A stretch of 64,000 nucleotides of DNA from Candidatus Wolfebacteria bacterium RIFCSPLOWO2_01_FULL_47_17b (GCA_001793865.1 MGIS01000024.1:21525-85524), one strand, 5' to 3'; positions 1-10,100 are shown, numbered from the stretch's first letter. The notes: generated by a model not told the origin, from the letters alone. Program-made: numbers and translations.

Positions 1-1
1 G

Positions 2-1207
2 GGGTTAAAGGTTGTTACGACGCTTGATTGGCACCTACAGGAAGTTGCTGAACGAGTTGTAAAGGAAGGGGCCGTAAAAAATTCCGAGCGTTATGCCGGA
101 TCGAATGCCGCGCTTGTCGCCGAGGACCCGAAAACCGGCCAGATCCTTGCGCTTGTTGGCTCGGCTGATTATTTCAATGAGGATATTGACGGAAACTTCA
201 ACGTTATAACCCAGGGATTGCGCCAACCCGGCTCAACTATGAAGCCGATCGTGTACCTCGCCGCATTTATGAAAGGATATACGCCTGACACTGTGGTATT
301 TGATCTTCCAACACAATTTAATACCTCAGACGATCCGCGTTATAACTATAGCCCCGCGAACTTCGAGGGAACATTCCGAGGTCCGATAACGCTCAAACAA
401 GCGCTTTCACAGTCCATAAATGTGGCCGCGGTAAAAGTGTTATATCTGACCGGCGTATCACAAGCGCTCGATACCGCACAAAAGCTTGGCATTACCACCC
501 TTACCGATCCGTCCCGCTACGGCCTTTCGCTTGTTCTCGGAGGAGGAGAGGTTCGTCCGATAGAATTGGTGCATGCATACAGTGCGTTCGCACGGGACGG
601 CGTCCAACATATGCAATCCAATATTCTGCGCGTGGAAGACGCGCAAGGAAACACACTCGAAACATTCAAGGATGAGGCGGAGCAGGTGATTGACGCACAG
701 TATGCCAGAATGATAAATACTATTTTATCCGATATCGAACTGCGCTCGGGGTTATTAAGCGGCAGCTTGCCTCTTACTATATTCGAGGGGTATCAGGTCG
801 CGCTCAAAACGGGAACTACAAATGATTATCGCGATGCGTGGACAATCGGCTACGCGCCGTTTCTGACCGTCGGCGTATGGGCCGGAAACAGCAATAATCA
901 GGCGATGCGGCGCCAAGGAGGTAGCATCCTTGCCGCACTTCCTATGTGGAGCGAATTTATGCGTGAAGCAATACAATCATACCAACCAGAACCGTTTACG
1001 CCCGCACAGCCTGTTTTTGTAGAAAACAACCCCGTCCTTAATGGAGAGGCGCAAGAACACACTATTTTGTATTACATAGACAAAAACGATCCAAAATCGT
1101 TTAATCCTCCCAAAACCAGCGACTCCCAGTTTTTAAACTGGGATACGCCGGTGCGTGTGTGGATGTCCCAGCACAGCACCTCCACGCTTTCAGGCGGTCT
1201 TGATTGA
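2..1207 (+). CDS. penicillin-binding protein, transpeptidase domain (5' partial, continues upstream of window)
   Basis: Frame open from nt 2; SxxK 'STMKP', SxN 'SQSIN', KTG 'KTGTT' motifs of class A PBP transpeptidase. Confidence 0.8.
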   Translation, partial: GLKVVTTLDWHLQEVAERVVKEGAVKNSERYAGSNAALVAEDPKTGQILALVGSADYFNEDIDGNFNVITQGLRQPGSTMKPIVYLAAFMKGYTPDTVVFDLPTQFNTSDDPRYNYSPANFEGTFRGPITLKQALSQSINVAAVKVLYLTGVSQALDTAQKLGITTLTDPSRYGLSLVLGGGEVRPIELVHAYSAFARDGVQHMQSNILRVEDAQGNTLETFKDEAEQVIDAQYARMINTILSDIELRSGLLSGSLPLTIFEGYQVALKTGTTNDYRDAWTIGYAPFLTVGVWAGNSNNQAMRRQGGSILAALPMWSEFMREAIQSYQPEPFTPAQPVFVENNPVLNGEAQEHTILYYIDKNDPKSFNPPKTSDSQFLNWDTPVRVWMSQHSTSTLSGGLD

Positions 1208-2308
1208 CGTAAGTACGTATAAGAAGCCCTCGTCATCCGGCGCCTGCAGGATGCTCGGTTTTTGCTCCGAATTTATTCCAATAAATACCGTTTCGGTCGG
1301 CACCTGCTTCAGTCCGTCCAATAAAAACCGCCAGTTGAATGATATGACCAATGGGGATCCCTTGCTTTTTACGGATAGGATGTATTCACTCTCACCGAAT
1401 TCATGACTTGATGACAGGAGTTGTATATTTTTCATCGAATCATCTATTTTTATTCGCACCTCATTGAGCCGGTTGGCAAGCGAGCTGGTAAGCCGAAGCG
1501 CTTGTATGAGCTCATTTTTTTGAATCGTAAGTTCCGCTTCGAATGATTTTGGTATAACCATCGTGTAATCCGGGAATTTGCCCTCGATAAGGCGCGATAC
1601 AAGCCGTGTTGATTTGCTTTTCACCACGATCTGATTTTCGTCGAATAGCACCTGTATCACGTCGCTCTCTTGTGGAAATATGCGTATAATCTCCTGCGCC
1701 GTGCGTAACGGAATAATTATAGAAGCGGTAATAGAAGGGGATATATTCAGCTTTTTTTTGGGAATGATCGCTTTGGCGAGACGAAAACTGTCAGTCGCCA
1801 CCGCATACACAAATCCGTCGCGGATATCAAGAAGAATTCCGCTTAATTCAGGCCTGAATTCCGACGTGTGGCATGCGGTTGCCGTTGTCTGTAGTGCGTG
1901 CACGCACGATCCTGCATCAACCGAAAACTGCTGCGGCGTATCATCGGATAAGTTCGGAATGATCGGAAACTCGTCTTTCTGGGTAGCCGCTATTTTCGCG
2001 TTGTAGTTTTCCGTGGATATATGCAGCGCACTTCCTTTCAGCTCAAGCTCGATGCGCTCAGATGCCGCGTTTTGGATTATTTGCTGAAACACGCCGAAGG
2101 GAACGGTGCACGATCCCTTTAAAAGCACTTTTGCCGATAGGGAGTGTACGACTCCTATCTCAAGATCTGTTGCGGATAGGGTAAGCGCGGTATCATGCGC
2201 TTCAATAAGGATGTTTTTTAATGCAGGAAGCTGGGCACTTTCTTTTTTTGCGTTTGCGACCAGAGAGATTCCTTCTTTTAAATTATTTCGTAGAATGATG
2301 CAGTGCAT
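1190..2308 (-). CDS. dnaN: DNA polymerase III beta sliding clamp
   Basis: 372 aa, three-domain beta-clamp-like sequence, adjacent to dnaA in canonical order. Confidence 0.8.
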   Translation of the reverse strand: MHCIILRNNLKEGISLVANAKKESAQLPALKNILIEAHDTALTLSATDLEIGVVHSLSAKVLLKGSCTVPFGVFQQIIQNAASERIELELKGSALHISTENYNAKIAATQKDEFPIIPNLSDDTPQQFSVDAGSCVHALQTTATACHTSEFRPELSGILLDIRDGFVYAVATDSFRLAKAIIPKKKLNISPSITASIIIPLRTAQEIIRIFPQESDVIQVLFDENQIVVKSKSTRLVSRLIEGKFPDYTMVIPKSFEAELTIQKNELIQALRLTSSLANRLNEVRIKIDDSMKNIQLLSSSHEFGESEYILSVKSKGSPLVISFNWRFLLDGLKQVPTETVFIGINSEQKPSILQAPDDEGFLYVLTSIKTA

Positions 2309-2484
2309 TTGGGTAGTAGAAGTTTACTATTGCTATAAGTATAATTAATTATATATATAAATAGTAGTTGTAGTAGAGGATGTGGATAAGGGGATAAGTG
2401 GGTTATGGGTTATGGGTAGTGGGCGGTTTGTTTGCTATGTTCCGGTACAAGTACTGGATAGGGTGTGTACGAAGAGTGGATGAA
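2309..2484. promoter_or_regulatory. candidate oriC segment between dnaA and dnaN with perfect DnaA box TGTGGATAA (2381-2389) and AT-rich tract
   Basis: Consensus DnaA box plus degenerate boxes 'GGATAAGTGG', AT-rich 2340-2370. Confidence 0.5.
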
Positions 2485-3861
2485 TTAGGCAGGTGTTTTT
2501 TGGATTATTTCCTTCAACATTACAATTTTTTGGTTTAGCGCCTTATCTTTTATTATTCCTTGTGTTATTTTTTCAAAAGAATGTATCGCGGTCGTGTGAT
2601 CTTTCTTTCCCATCTTATCCCCAATATCTGGGTATGACATCCCCAGCATATCCCGCAAAAGATACATCGCGATTTGTCGCGGGATGACGATTTCTTTGCG
2701 CCGAGATTTATTTGTGAGATCCGATGTTTGTATCTCAAAAAACTGTGCGACACATTTGAGAAGATGTGTGGGGTTTATATTAATCATGTTCTGCTGCAGG
2801 GTGTTTTGTATGATTTCTTCAGCGACCCGGATGTCAATGGCTGAACCCTTTAATTCCTTATAAAATAACAGCTTGTTTATAATACCCTCTATTTCCCGTA
2901 CATTTCGCTGTATTTTTGTGGCTATAAGATGGGTAACGTCGTCTTGTATTTGGAGTTTTTTTTCTTGCACCTTGTTTTTTATGATTGCCAGCTTCATTTC
3001 GTAGTCGGGGTAGGTGATATCTACAATCATGCCCCCTTCAAACCGCGATCTGAGCCGATCTTCGAGTGTTGGAATTGCCGCGGGAGCGCGGTCGGATGAT
3101 ATGATTATCTGTTTATTGTTCTGGTACAGGATGTTGAATGTGTGGAAAAATTCCTCTTCGCTTCGCTCTTTTCCGCCAATGAACTGTATATCGTCGATGA
3201 TAAGCACATCCACGTTGCGGTACTTATTTTTTATGTCATCCATCCGTTTCGTGCGGATTGCCCATACAACGTCGTTTACAAACCGTTCGGATGGCACGTA
3301 TTTTACCCGCGTCCGTTTTTTAAAATTCTTTACAATCTCGTTTCCGATCGCTTGGATAAGGTGTGTTTTTCCGAGTCCGGTGCTGCCGTATACAAATAGC
3401 GGGTTGTATTTGGTTCCAACCTCTTTGGTGACCGCGCTTGCCGCCGCGAAGGCAAGTTCGTTTGATGATCCGACCACGAACGAGTCGAACGTATAGCGCG
3501 GATGGAGGTTTGTTTCGGGGTCCGCGGAGAATTCAATAAAACCCACTTGTGATGAGGGCTGCTCTTCGCGCGTCTGTTTTTGTTCAAATATCTTTTTTTC
3601 AGCCTCGGCGCTTGAGAGTACGATGTATTCTACCCGATTAATACTCGGTTCGTGGTTTTGAATTATTTCGATGATCGTCTTGTTGTATTTTGACTGTATC
3701 CACTCCTTTGCGAAGTTGCTTCCGACACCCACCACCACATGTCCGGTGTCGGTATTCTTTTCGATGAGCCTGCTGTTCTTAAACCACGTCAGGAAATTTG
3801 GTTTGGAGACTTGTAATTCTATCTCAGACAGTGTTTTTTCCCATAGTTTTTTTTCGTCCAT
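2485..3861 (-). CDS. dnaA: chromosomal replication initiator DnaA
   Basis: AAA+ Walker A 'GSTGLGKTHL', DnaA signature C-terminal DNA-binding domain. Confidence 0.9.
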   Translation of the reverse strand: MDEKKLWEKTLSEIELQVSKPNFLTWFKNSRLIEKNTDTGHVVVGVGSNFAKEWIQSKYNKTIIEIIQNHEPSINRVEYIVLSSAEAEKKIFEQKQTREEQPSSQVGFIEFSADPETNLHPRYTFDSFVVGSSNELAFAAASAVTKEVGTKYNPLFVYGSTGLGKTHLIQAIGNEIVKNFKKRTRVKYVPSERFVNDVVWAIRTKRMDDIKNKYRNVDVLIIDDIQFIGGKERSEEEFFHTFNILYQNNKQIIISSDRAPAAIPTLEDRLRSRFEGGMIVDITYPDYEMKLAIIKNKVQEKKLQIQDDVTHLIATKIQRNVREIEGIINKLLFYKELKGSAIDIRVAEEIIQNTLQQNMININPTHLLKCVAQFFEIQTSDLTNKSRRKEIVIPRQIAMYLLRDMLGMSYPDIGDKMGKKDHTTAIHSFEKITQGIIKDKALNQKIVMLKEIIQKTPA

Positions 3862-4014
3862 ATGAAGCGGGTTTTATTGCGAGTTATTGTAGACGAAACT
3901 GATTCTAATGCAAGCTGTGGAAAAATCAATTTTGTGCATAACTTGTGCATTACAAAATGTGGCACAGTGTCTTCACATATTGCTATATGCTTTCTTTTCT
4001 GATACGTTAACGAT
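3862..4014. promoter_or_regulatory. dnaA/rpmH divergent promoter region with degenerate DnaA boxes (TGTGCATAA, TGTGGAAAA)
   Basis: One-mismatch DnaA boxes upstream of dnaA start. Confidence 0.35.
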
Positions 4015-4149
4015 ATGTCAGTAACATTTCAGCCGAAAAAGAAGAAGAGGAAGAAATCGCATGGCTATTTGAAGAGGCGGCGAACCCCCGGAGGGAGACG
4101 TGTGCTTGCGCGAAGGCGCGCGAAAGGAAGAAAGAGACTTACTTCATAA
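4015..4149 (+). CDS. rpmH: 50S ribosomal protein L34
   Basis: 44-aa basic ORF '[44 protein letters not shown]' found by eye (not in ORF track); canonical position before rnpA. Confidence 0.85.
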   Translation: MSVTFQPKKKKRKKSHGYLKRRRTPGGRRVLARRRAKGRKRLTS

Positions 4150-4156
4150 TACATTG

Positions 4157-4501
4157 ATGATATCGCGAAAACATACATTGCCCGCTTCTTTTTTCAGAAA
4201 GATTCATCAAAAAAAAATTTCTCCCGATCGTGTTTTGTCGCTACACACGTGTCATGTGCGCTGTTACGCGTCTGGTCTCCGCTATAGCAGGTATGCGGTA
4301 GTGGTTCCCAATAGTGCGTTTTCGAGTGTGGTGTCCCGCAACGCATTCAGGAGAATGGCGTATGAGGTGATTCGCTCTGAAAAACTTACAGATGTTCTCG
4401 GTTATGATGTTGTGCTCTTGTTCGGAAAGATGGCGGGAACTTTCTCGAAGGAAGAAGTTAAAAAAGATATTTTAAAACTGCGTCATGTCATTTCTATTTA
4501 A
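4157..4501 (+). CDS. rnpA: ribonuclease P protein component
   Basis: Position after rpmH and before yidC; basic ~115 aa protein; start may be 4100. Confidence 0.65.
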   Translation: MISRKHTLPASFFRKIHQKKISPDRVLSLHTCHVRCYASGLRYSRYAVVVPNSAFSSVVSRNAFRRMAYEVIRSEKLTDVLGYDVVLLFGKMAGTFSKEEVKKDILKLRHVISI

Positions 4502-5231
4502 CGAAATTTTATATAAGCCCCTTTTGAACCTATTGATACTCATCTACGACCTTGTGGTGTCCGATTTCGGCGTTTCCATTATTCTTATTACGGTTCTCAT
4601 ACGCTTTGTTCTGCTTCCGATTTTTTATAAAAGCGCCAAGGACCAAACCATACTTCAGAAAATAGCGCCGCAGATCCGCGAAATACAAAAAAAGCACAAG
4701 GAAAACAAAGAAGAGCAGGTGCGCCAGATGATGGCGGTATATAAAGAGCATCGTGTCAATCCGTTTTCGAGCATACTTCTGCTTATTATCCAGCTTCCCA
4801 TATTGTTCGCTTTGTACCGTGTGTTTGTGGGCGGATTGCCGGAGGCGGGATCGGACAAGCTCTACTCGTTCGTGCATCTTCCCGAGGTTATCCACTACAC
4901 CTTCCTGGGATTTATAGATCTCAGCAGCCCGTTTTTGGCGCTTGTGATTATCACGGCGTTGGCGCAATTTACGCAGTCGTGGCTCTTACTGCGTGTTGCG
5001 AAAAAGCGCGCTCCCAATCCGGCCGCGGCGGGAGATAACCCGGCCATTCAGGCCGCCGAGCGGATGTCCCACAAGATGATATACTTTATGCCAGTCGTGA
5101 CTGCAATCATTCTATTTAATCTTCCCGCGGCAGTTGCGCTGTACTGGTTTACGACGTCGGTATTTTCCGCAATCCAGCAACTAGCCATCAACAAAAAGAT
5201 TCGGGAAAAAGAAATTATCAGCAATGCATAA
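4485..5231 (+). CDS. yidC: membrane protein insertase YidC/Oxa1 (short form)
   Basis: Multi-TM, conserved YidC core, synteny rpmH-rnpA-yidC-jag. Confidence 0.8.
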   Translation: MSFLFNEILYKPLLNLLILIYDLVVSDFGVSIILITVLIRFVLLPIFYKSAKDQTILQKIAPQIREIQKKHKENKEEQVRQMMAVYKEHRVNPFSSILLLIIQLPILFALYRVFVGGLPEAGSDKLYSFVHLPEVIHYTFLGFIDLSSPFLALVIITALAQFTQSWLLLRVAKKRAPNPAAAGDNPAIQAAERMSHKMIYFMPVVTAIILFNLPAAVALYWFTTSVFSAIQQLAINKKIREKEIISNA

Positions 5232-5658
5232 CGAAGCCAAGACAATTTTAGAGGAGATACTTTCCCGAATGGGCTTTTCGGATTTTTCGGTGCAACAAAG
5301 CGAGGACGGAAAGCGATGCGCGGTGTTTGTAAACGATGCTCCGTTTCTTTCTCGGCAGGTGGCTGGGTTTATGCTTGATCTGGATACGGTGCTACGGCTT
5401 ATACTCAAGAAAAAGAATCTGCCATTCGTATTTGTGGACGTGAATAACTACCGCAAGGAGCGTGAGGAGATTATTATAAAGCTTGCGAAGGCCGCTGCTC
5501 GAAAGGCGCTGGCCGAAAAAACCAATGTGCCACTTCCGCCCATGAATGCGTATGAACGCATGATTGTGCATACGGAATTATCGCTGCATCCGGAACTTAA
5601 GACCGAAAGCTTCGGCGAAGGGCCGAACCGACACGTTGTCATTCGTCCATTCCAATAA
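5224..5658 (+). CDS. jag: Jag/KhpB-like RNA-binding protein (KH/R3H)
   Basis: C-terminal R3H-like 'GEGPNRHVVIRP', synteny after yidC. Confidence 0.7.
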   Translation: MHNEAKTILEEILSRMGFSDFSVQQSEDGKRCAVFVNDAPFLSRQVAGFMLDLDTVLRLILKKKNLPFVFVDVNNYRKEREEIIIKLAKAAARKALAEKTNVPLPPMNAYERMIVHTELSLHPELKTESFGEGPNRHVVIRPFQ

Positions 5659-7690
5659 GATGGGGACACTGTAGCTTGTATAGTATTCCCGCTTCATCTT
5701 CATACACCCTCTCTGTTTGTGACAGGAAATTTTTTTGTATAAATGGCAGGTATTCTTGCTTAAATGGTTCATCCCAATACAGATATGTCGCTCCATTGGA
5801 GCAGAGGACGGTGGGATCGCCTGTTTGCAGAAATGAGCGTATGTTCTGGCGGCGCGCTGATCCGGTGTCCGCGCGGCCTTGTGTCCAGAGCCACCCCTCG
5901 AATCCTAAATATATAGGACGTCCTGTAAGCATGGGGATGAAATTGTTTGCTCCCGATGCGGATACGATAACGGCCGTGCTCGGTGTGTTGTTCCGTATAT
6001 ACTCAGCCGCTCCAAACTGCGTTTGTGAATAGTAGCCAAAATGCGATTTGTTTATGCGAGGACTTGTCCCAAGACTAATTCGTGCGAATACGTCCGCGGT
6101 TCCGGACGCGAGCGCTCCGAGTATGAAAATTATCGCAAGTGAAATAGGCGTGATTTTATACGGTGTACGATATACGATATTCGGCATACGGCCAATAAAT
6201 TTTTCTATAAGAAAAACAAAAACAAGCGTCGCGGCGAACCACCAGTAGAACAAAAGTTTGTTGTTATCGAATTCCCATGGCTGGAGCTTTACGAGATTTC
6301 CAACGGCAAAAATAATACTTCCGGCAATCCACGTTGCGAAAAGTGCGCTATGTTTTTTTATTTTTTTTATAAAAAAGAATGAAAGCAGCCATGCCCCAAA
6401 CAATACGCCGAAGTTTTTAAACCAAAACCACAGCGCATTCGCGTCGGTGCCCGAGGTATTGGGGTCGCACGCAAACCAGTTTGTGTTGTGTGCGCATGTC
6501 ATCCAGCCGAACCATAACGTGAGAGGTGAGACAGATGAAAAAATGGAATTTGAGAGGAGAAAATAAAGTTGCGGAGCGGCGATGAGGATGCCTATAAAGA
6601 TGGGGAGGAGTGCTTGTATACCGTATGCCGTATATTGTATATCGCGTACGCGGAACAAAAACACCACTAGCGCGAAAATTCCCATTGCAACGACCGTATG
6701 CAAGTGCGCTAAAGGAATGAATCCGACAAGCATGAACCAAAGCCATACCTTGTCTGTCTTCCAATATGCAAAAACTCCTGCAAGGAACAGGAACGCGAGC
6801 GCGGCGGCCGGCATAAACGATCGCTGGTGAGAAAAGAATGAAATAGCGGGCGTTATCCAGACAATATTCGCATCGTATTCCGCGCCGGACGGCTTTCCTC
6901 CTGTGCGGATATCCATGTGCGTGTATTCGAGTTGAGTGGTGAGTAGTGAGTAGTGAGTGGTGGGTTGTGAAAAATGCACGATGAATAGACCCAGGCCACC
7001 GCCAAACAAAACAATGGCGACAAATGATATTTGTAGAACAGGTTTCTTGACGGTGAGCTTTACGAGGTTCCACAATCCCGCTACGATGCCTGCGCCGTAT
7101 ATAAAGAGGGGCAGATGCCAAGCCAAGGCAAATGAACTCCCAAGCTTTAAAATCAACGCGCTGAGGAAGTTGATAAAAAATGTGTAGGTGAGCGGCGTGC
7201 CGCCGGCGATCGGGTGATTGAGCGCGAATGGATCCGATTCGGCCAACACTCGTATCATGTCCATGTGGTACGCGCCGTCTCCCCAGCCCTTGAGTATGCC
7301 GTAGGGAAATCCGTCCACCCAAATCATAGATTGGTACGCGAGAAGCAGGACAACGGCGGCTATTAATAGGATAGAAATACTTGTCGCTATCATTGCGAGC
7401 GACCAGCGGGAGCGCGGCAATCTCAAATAGTCAAGTGGATTGCTTCGCGTTGCTCGCAATGACAATAAAAACACTATCAGTGAAATTCCCAGAGTCGCCC
7501 ATGCCGCGAGCGTCAAATTTTTTGTGACCAGCGCACATACAAGCACAACAAACCCCTGTAAAGTTGTTCCAAGTACGAGCGAGAAAATCAAGCGCGAGAA
7601 AATACCGAATCGTTTTTCTTTATCCAAAAATGAAAGCGCAACCGCGCCTGATACTACTGAGAAAATACAAAACAACACCCCGTATATCAT
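5639..7690 (-). CDS. large polytopic membrane protein, possibly GT-C-fold glycosyltransferase (PMT/ArnT-like)
   Basis: 683 aa with >12 predicted TM helices; family assignment uncertain. Confidence 0.35.
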   Translation of the reverse strand: MIYGVLFCIFSVVSGAVALSFLDKEKRFGIFSRLIFSLVLGTTLQGFVVLVCALVTKNLTLAAWATLGISLIVFLLSLRATRSNPLDYLRLPRSRWSLAMIATSISILLIAAVVLLLAYQSMIWVDGFPYGILKGWGDGAYHMDMIRVLAESDPFALNHPIAGGTPLTYTFFINFLSALILKLGSSFALAWHLPLFIYGAGIVAGLWNLVKLTVKKPVLQISFVAIVLFGGGLGLFIVHFSQPTTHYSLLTTQLEYTHMDIRTGGKPSGAEYDANIVWITPAISFFSHQRSFMPAAALAFLFLAGVFAYWKTDKVWLWFMLVGFIPLAHLHTVVAMGIFALVVFLFRVRDIQYTAYGIQALLPIFIGILIAAPQLYFLLSNSIFSSVSPLTLWFGWMTCAHNTNWFACDPNTSGTDANALWFWFKNFGVLFGAWLLSFFFIKKIKKHSALFATWIAGSIIFAVGNLVKLQPWEFDNNKLLFYWWFAATLVFVFLIEKFIGRMPNIVYRTPYKITPISLAIIFILGALASGTADVFARISLGTSPRINKSHFGYYSQTQFGAAEYIRNNTPSTAVIVSASGANNFIPMLTGRPIYLGFEGWLWTQGRADTGSARRQNIRSFLQTGDPTVLCSNGATYLYWDEPFKQEYLPFIQKNFLSQTERVYEDEAGILYKLQCPHLIGMDE

Positions 7691-9942
7691 AGTTCTTTCC
7701 AGGTTTTACCTATTGATGCGGATACCGCAAGCGGCACCGAGAGTTTATACGCGGATTCCATTGTTTTTTTGATGTCCTGCACGATATCACTTTTGTCTCC
7801 GTTTTTGAGCATCGCATCCGGTATTTCGAATATGAGTTCGTCATGAATGGTGAGTATCATACGCGCTTTCGTGTGCACTTTCACCATCGCTAACTTCAGG
7901 ATGTCCGCGGCAAGTCCTTGGGTGGGCATATTGATGGCGGCGCGTTGGGCTTCGGACGCCATAAATTGATTTGACGCGTACAAGCCGGGCAGATGCCGAA
8001 TTCGTCCGCTCTCGTTTTGCACGTAGCCCTTTTTTCGCGCGCCGGTAAGTATTTTTTCCTGCCATTTTTTGATTGTTGCGAACTCCTCAAAATATTTTTG
8101 CATAAATTTCTTTGCCTCGTCGCCCGGAATGCCCGCCGATTGCGCGAACGCGCGATATCCCATGCCATACACCATGCCGAAGTTGAGCGTTTTTGCCATA
8201 CGGCGCATGGATTTGTCTACTTTTTCGTCGGGCACGCCGAATACGAATGCCGCCGTGCGGGTATGGATATCTTTTCCTTCGACGAATGCGTCCATCATCT
8301 GCTGGTCTTGCGTGAGGTGCGCGAGCACGCGAAGCTCGATTTGTGAGTAGTCACACGAAAGAAGCGAGTGGCCTTTGGCGGCCACGAACGCGCCGCGGAT
8401 TTCACCTGACCATTTTGATTCCTGCGGGATATTCTGCAGGTTTGGATTCGTGCAAGCGATGCGGCCCGTTGCCGCGCCTATTTGCAGGAACGTCGGATGT
8501 ATACGCCCGTCCTTTTGGACAAGGTCCTGCAAGGGATGCAGGTATGTTGTTCTGAGTTTGAATAATTCGCGGTATGCGAGCAGATCTTCGAGTGCTTTTG
8601 GCGGATCATTTATTTTTGCCAAAGCATCTGCAGATGTGGACTTGAGTTTGAGGCTGAATTTCGAGTTGAGCGCTTCAAGTACTTGCTTGGGCGAATTGAA
8701 ATTTATGTCGCTTATGGATTTTTTCAGCTTCTGTTCTTTCGTTTCAATCTCCTTTATGAGCTTGGTTTCAGTTTTTTTGAGGCGTGCTTTGTCTACCCGT
8801 ATTCCTGCTTTTTGCATATCTTCTAGGACCGGAATCAGCGGCCGTTCGATATTTTGCCATATGTCCCACAAGCCGCGCTTTTTCAGCTCTTTTTCGATTT
8901 GTGATTGCGGCATGCGCTTGTTCGGGTCCATTTCAAGAAGCTGGAGCATAATTTTTTCTTCCGGATTTAATTCGGAGTCGTGGGATTGTTTCCCCCGATT
9001 TTCCATCGGGGTCGCAATGACCGCGTGTGAACCCTCCAATCTTTTTATGAGCGATGTAAAGTTCTGTTCTTCAAAGAACGCGAGTGCTTTTTTGGGTGAA
9101 AATGAACACACAAGATCGGAGAGCTTGATGTCCACCGGTACGTTTTGGTCGATCGTCGCAAGCTCGCGCGAAAGGAATGCGATGTCTTTGTGAGATGATA
9201 TTTTTTCGTATGCCTTTTCGCCCCTTCCCTTGCTTAAAAAATCATCCAGTGTTCCGTACTTTTGTAGAATGGTTGCCGCGGTTTTGGGGCCCACGCCGGC
9301 AACGCCCGGGATATTGTCCGATGTATCTCCAACAAGCGCCTTGTAGTCTATGAGTTGGTCCGGCCTTAGGCCATAGCGTTCGTGTACGCGCGCTTCGTTG
9401 TATAGAAGCGTTTCGGAAACACCCTTTTTGAACGTTTCTACTTCCACCCCGTTAGAAGCAGATCGCCCCTCGGCGGTCGTAGCCATGCCTGCGGCAGGGC
9501 GGCTTCTAACGGGGTCCACGGCATCATCGTGCACCAATTGCAGCGAGTCAAGGTCTCCGGTGAGTATGCGCACCGGTTCCTGTTCTGAAAATTTTTTTGC
9601 GAGCGCACCAATGAGGTCATCTGCCTCGTAGCCCGCCTTTTCGATCCACGGTATCGAAAAGGCGTCGAATAAGTCATGGGCTTTTATTATCTGTGCGATG
9701 AGTTCATCGTCTGCCTTGGGCCGATGGATTTTATAGTCCGCAAATTTTTCCTTGCGGAATGTGGGTTCGGGCCGATCGAAGAGTGCCGCGCAATGCGCGG
9801 GTTTGGTTTGCTGGATGATTTTCAGCACAATGCCCGCTACACCGTATAAGGCGCCGGTTGGCTCGCCCTTTTTGTTCGTAAGCGGCGGGAGCGCATGGTA
9901 GCAGCGGTGTATTAGTGAATTGGCATCGATTAATAACAACAT
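7687..9942 (-). CDS. polA: DNA polymerase I (5'-3' exonuclease plus polymerase domains)
   Basis: Motif A 'DYSQIELRVLAHL', motif B 'RRMAKTLNFGMVYG', motif C 'HDELIFE', FEN-like N-terminus. Confidence 0.9.
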   Translation of the reverse strand: MLLLIDANSLIHRCYHALPPLTNKKGEPTGALYGVAGIVLKIIQQTKPAHCAALFDRPEPTFRKEKFADYKIHRPKADDELIAQIIKAHDLFDAFSIPWIEKAGYEADDLIGALAKKFSEQEPVRILTGDLDSLQLVHDDAVDPVRSRPAAGMATTAEGRSASNGVEVETFKKGVSETLLYNEARVHERYGLRPDQLIDYKALVGDTSDNIPGVAGVGPKTAATILQKYGTLDDFLSKGRGEKAYEKISSHKDIAFLSRELATIDQNVPVDIKLSDLVCSFSPKKALAFFEEQNFTSLIKRLEGSHAVIATPMENRGKQSHDSELNPEEKIMLQLLEMDPNKRMPQSQIEKELKKRGLWDIWQNIERPLIPVLEDMQKAGIRVDKARLKKTETKLIKEIETKEQKLKKSISDINFNSPKQVLEALNSKFSLKLKSTSADALAKINDPPKALEDLLAYRELFKLRTTYLHPLQDLVQKDGRIHPTFLQIGAATGRIACTNPNLQNIPQESKWSGEIRGAFVAAKGHSLLSCDYSQIELRVLAHLTQDQQMMDAFVEGKDIHTRTAAFVFGVPDEKVDKSMRRMAKTLNFGMVYGMGYRAFAQSAGIPGDEAKKFMQKYFEEFATIKKWQEKILTGARKKGYVQNESGRIRHLPGLYASNQFMASEAQRAAINMPTQGLAADILKLAMVKVHTKARMILTIHDELIFEIPDAMLKNGDKSDIVQDIKKTMESAYKLSVPLAVSASIGKTWKEL
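9447..9514. mobile_element. MITE-like palindromic element inserted in-frame in polA (TIR CCCCGTTAGAAGC / GCTTCTAACGGGG)
   Basis: 13-nt perfect terminal inverted repeats, 42-nt spacer, flanking TCCA direct repeat; element+TSD=72 nt=24 codons. Confidence 0.6.
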
Positions 9943-9998
9943 GATACGTTTATTTTATCACATATTTGGTCTGTCTTTCTTATTTGTTTGCTATACAC

Positions 9999-10100
9999 AA
10001 TTTCGAATTCTGAATTTCTAATTTCGATTCAATTTTGAATAACTGAAGTTTCGAAATTAATGCATTAGAAATTGATTCGAAATTCGGAATTGGAAATTAT
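9999..10100. repeat. AT-rich GAATTTCGAAT-type palindromic intergenic repeat, copy A (diverged)
   Basis: Shares 'gaatttc/gaaattc' motif architecture with copies at 25.9, 26.6/27.0, 41.6 and 45.1 kb. Confidence 0.6.

Noticed and set aside
6417-7322. 301-aa minus-strand ORF rich in His/Arg overlapping the large membrane protein gene
   Set aside because: It lies in an alternative frame of the 5639..7690 CDS, which has a coherent TM-helix pattern. The composition is typical of out-of-frame translation of GC-rich coding DNA.
8375-9193. 272-aa plus-strand ORF antisense to polA
   Set aside because: Low-complexity Ser/Phe-rich translation opposite a strongly conserved polA reading frame, so it is an artefact.
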